A stretch of 64,000 bases of DNA from Lytechinus pictus (taxonomy: Eukaryota): NCBI RefSeq assembly GCF_037042905.1, contig NC_087251.1:25608001-25672000 (forward strand), in the 5' to 3' direction. The translations under genes were made by a program, and so were the position numbers. The notes beneath the pieces were generated by a model. That model saw nothing but the letters and a program-made list of their open reading frames with translations. It ran no database searches and was not told where the DNA came from. This document shows positions 12,056 through 64,000 of this stretch, piece by piece; within the stretch, counting starts at the first letter, position 1, and every line of letters begins with the position of its first letter.

Positions 12056-14052
12056 CTACTGACTTAATTAAAGTTGGTAGATTATATCAAACGGCCCAAG
12101 ACTAAGGGTCCAATTTGTAACACTCCGTTACTTAGCCCAGACTAGGCCTAGAGATTAACTTTTTTTAAATTGTTCACTGCATACCTACTTTTTGCATTGG
12201 ATGTTTGTCGCGTGTGGTTTTAAGGTTCGTTTTAACACATTCCTTTTTTTGGCCATAATGATTCCTTTTTTTGCTTGCACAAGGTTGGCAGCTCTGGTTC
12301 ATGTATTTAAATAAACAACTTTATGTTATTATCAGATAGTCAAGCCTATGGAGATGGAGTTGCATATATTGTGAGAACTTCGATGTTACATAAGCAGAGA
12401 ATAAGCAATATAGTCGAACGTGACAACAATGATCATGCTACAAAGTAACACAACAGTAAAATATAGTATCAAAATAATTGTCATATGCATGTATACAATA
12501 CTCAGAGAGCGAGAGAGAAGTGGGGAGGGAGAGAGAAGAAGGAGAAGAATGAAAAGAAGAAGAAGAGAAAGAAGAGGAGGAGGAGAAGGAGGATGGGGAA
12601 CAAAGAGTTTAGAGAATTGGGGTAGAATGAAAAGAAAGAGAGAGAGAGGCAATAAAAGAGACGAAGCATGACATACAAAAATGCAAATTCTACTACCATG
12701 AATACAGTTGATAAACTAGCATACAGGAATAAACATTATGAACAGTACAAGAGCAAATAACTGCATAACAGTACGGTAATTAACAAAATTCTGGGGCTAA
12801 ATGGCCCATACACCTAGCCTCCACTTGCTTTTTGTTATTGATGTCAAGTATGAATAGAATCAATACTCATTCTCCTGCTTGCCTGCTAATTCAAACAAAC
12901 ACTAATGGTAGTCGATTATAGTTGAAATGTGATCATTTGTGCAGGTGAACAAATAAGATGATAGGTAGTGACATTAGCTTTCAGTACGTGTCAGGGTGGA
13001 CATGTGAAAGTTCCCTTGTATTTACAAATTAATGTTATGCCTAATTTTAACATTCATTTCCCTGACGGAGGTATATTTTCCCAAGAAATTATACGTTGCC
13101 AGAAGCACATAGCACTGAGGGAAAATATTCTCCTGTGTGAAAAATATAGCGTTGGAGGGGTATTGTTGTTTTTAAATATTTTTTTTTTGTAATATAGTTG
13201 TTGTTCTTATTCAAATTGTTCATTAGTTTGTTCATTTCGTTTATTTTTGAAATGTGTGTTTCTTGCAATCTAATAAATTGATTGCAGGATGGTCTTTTTT
13301 CGGTAATGAATGTTAATCAGGGGGTAGCCTAGATAGGTCTATTTGGCTTTTGCTATTCCCCCACATCGCATTCATTGATGTATTTTGTTATTTTTGTTAA
13401 TTTGTAATTTTACAATATTCATTATTCCTTTACTATGGAATCATTTTGATTGATCTCGATGTATTGTATCTTGTATGTTTTTTAGAGATGTGAAATAAAT
13501 TAATTTGAATTATAATTTGAATTTGAATTTCAATTGAAATTTTGTTTATTAGACAGATAGACTAGGCAGTATCCGTTATATTGTCTAGTCCACAATTTAG
13601 ATTAACCATCAGGGTCTGCATTTATGATATAGCATAATGATAAACTCGCAATGCTTGTCGCTGCTCTGGATATTCCACTGAATATGATACAATAAATTCA
13701 ATGGAAATGAGAGAAATTATTAAGATCACATTATTCACATCTGAAGTCTTGCTGAAGTGTTGCAGCCACCATTGACAAAAGTAATTAGCTCAAATCCTAA
13801 ACTGTTAACACCGTCCCTTTTTCCATACCCAGAATACATATTTGTCAGGTACTGTATTCTTTATAAATACACCCTCTAAGAATGATACTACAAGTGATTC
13901 TCCACTACTCAAATCCATGATATTTCTGATATGAGACTATTCACTGAATAAACTAATCTATTCATTTTTTTTGTGTATTGCAGCTCTGAACTCAAGAGTG
14001 AGATTCAACCAGTTGCCTGACAAGAAGTGCAAAAGGCTAGGAGGTGTCAACC

Positions 14053-63038
<48,986 letters not shown>

Positions 63039-63503
63039 CCCAAAGTCACTTGTCTGTCTGTCAGCAAGTCTGTGTTTGTTTTTTATTAATGTAATTCAGA
63101 TATAATGGATTTTATATAGGCTGTAGTAACCATTTGATTCTCGTCTAAAAGGAAGCAAGGACTATCTGAGTCATACCAGTTTGACATTGGATTCTGAATA
63201 GTTCTCCATTTGTAGATATCACGACTCTTCACGAGTGAGGCAATAGAAGTGTGGTGGTTTATTCAACCCTTGTCTAAGGAAGGCTTATGTATACTTGCCA
63301 GAAAGCATGTAGGGGACTGACAGCAAACTAATCATTTCTATTTGGAACACAGTGATGAAGAATAATACTAGACCACAAAGCAATAGTGCTGCTCTAGCTT
63401 CAGAATTTGAACTTTGTCCAAGGAAGACAACAGAACCTTCTTTGATAGGATATTTTAAACCAAGTAGCTGTGGAAGATCGAAACATCAAGACTACTGAAT
63501 TGG

Positions 63504-63573
63504 AATAAACACAGAAAAGTTTGATGATCATGAAGAACAATAATAATAATATGTCTCACATGAAGTAAATAAA
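63504..63573 (+). promoter_or_regulatory. Candidate polyadenylation signals
   Basis: AATAAA at 63504-63509 and 63568-63573; weak evidence in AT-rich DNA. Confidence 0.35.
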
Positions 63574-63587
63574 ATGTGATACTTGAT

Positions 63588-64000
63588 CAGGGGCAGATCC
63601 AGCTTTCGCCAATGGGGGGGATAGAAAAATATTTTCATCCACTTGTTCCCTGATCAGCATATAAAGCCATTTTTTGGGGGGGAGGTGTAGTCCTAACACT
63701 TATAAGTACATTTTAACTTTGTTTATGTAAACAAGTTATGTGTCAACTAACTAAAGCCTTAATGAATAATGTGAGCACAAAATGCGAGCTCAAATTTTTG
63801 GATATTTCATTTATTTAAACCTGAAAGTGAGCATTCTGACCATTGTTTTGTTAATTGTGAACAGAATGCGTATTTGAATAAACAATGTGAGGACAAAGCA
63901 TAAGCTGCAAATTTTTTACTCTCAGACATGAAAGTTTTACATTCCAATCACTTTTTGTAACCATGAGCAAGATGGGTAACTAAATGAAAAAATAGTGATG
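63588..64000. mobile_element. hAT-like MITE (CAGGGGCRGATCC family) running toward the window end
   Basis: CAGGGGCAGATCCAG start followed by a G-run, as at 58685. Confidence 0.55.

Overview
AT-rich eukaryotic (animal) genomic DNA. The repeat landscape suggests a marine invertebrate, plausibly an echinoderm such as a sea urchin; this is inference only. One protein-coding gene dominates the window: an alpha-1,6-fucosyltransferase (FUT8) on the + strand. It has 9 coding exons (14053-63038) with GT-AG introns and consistent phases, giving 1818 nt or 605 aa. A putative promoter and non-coding first exon lie near 10.5 kb. Introns and flanks are full of non-autonomous elements: TTAA-flanked Kolobok-like, hAT-like, Harbinger-like, Sola2-like and Mutator-like MITEs, Helentron-type (HINE/DINE-like) elements with internal satellites, LINE fragments, tRNA-derived SINEs and microsatellites, often nested. 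The most notable observations are (1) a Helentron-like element whose terminal part is amplified head-to-tail as ~1.16-kb units carrying a tRNA-like Pol III cassette, (2) a Penelope-type minimal hammerhead motif, (3) TA-to-TACATGTA footprints visible against repeat consensus, and (4) a multi-level transposon nest. No prokaryotic system, CRISPR array or intact transposase was found. Repeat superfamily calls rest on termini and target-site duplications (TSDs) read by eye.
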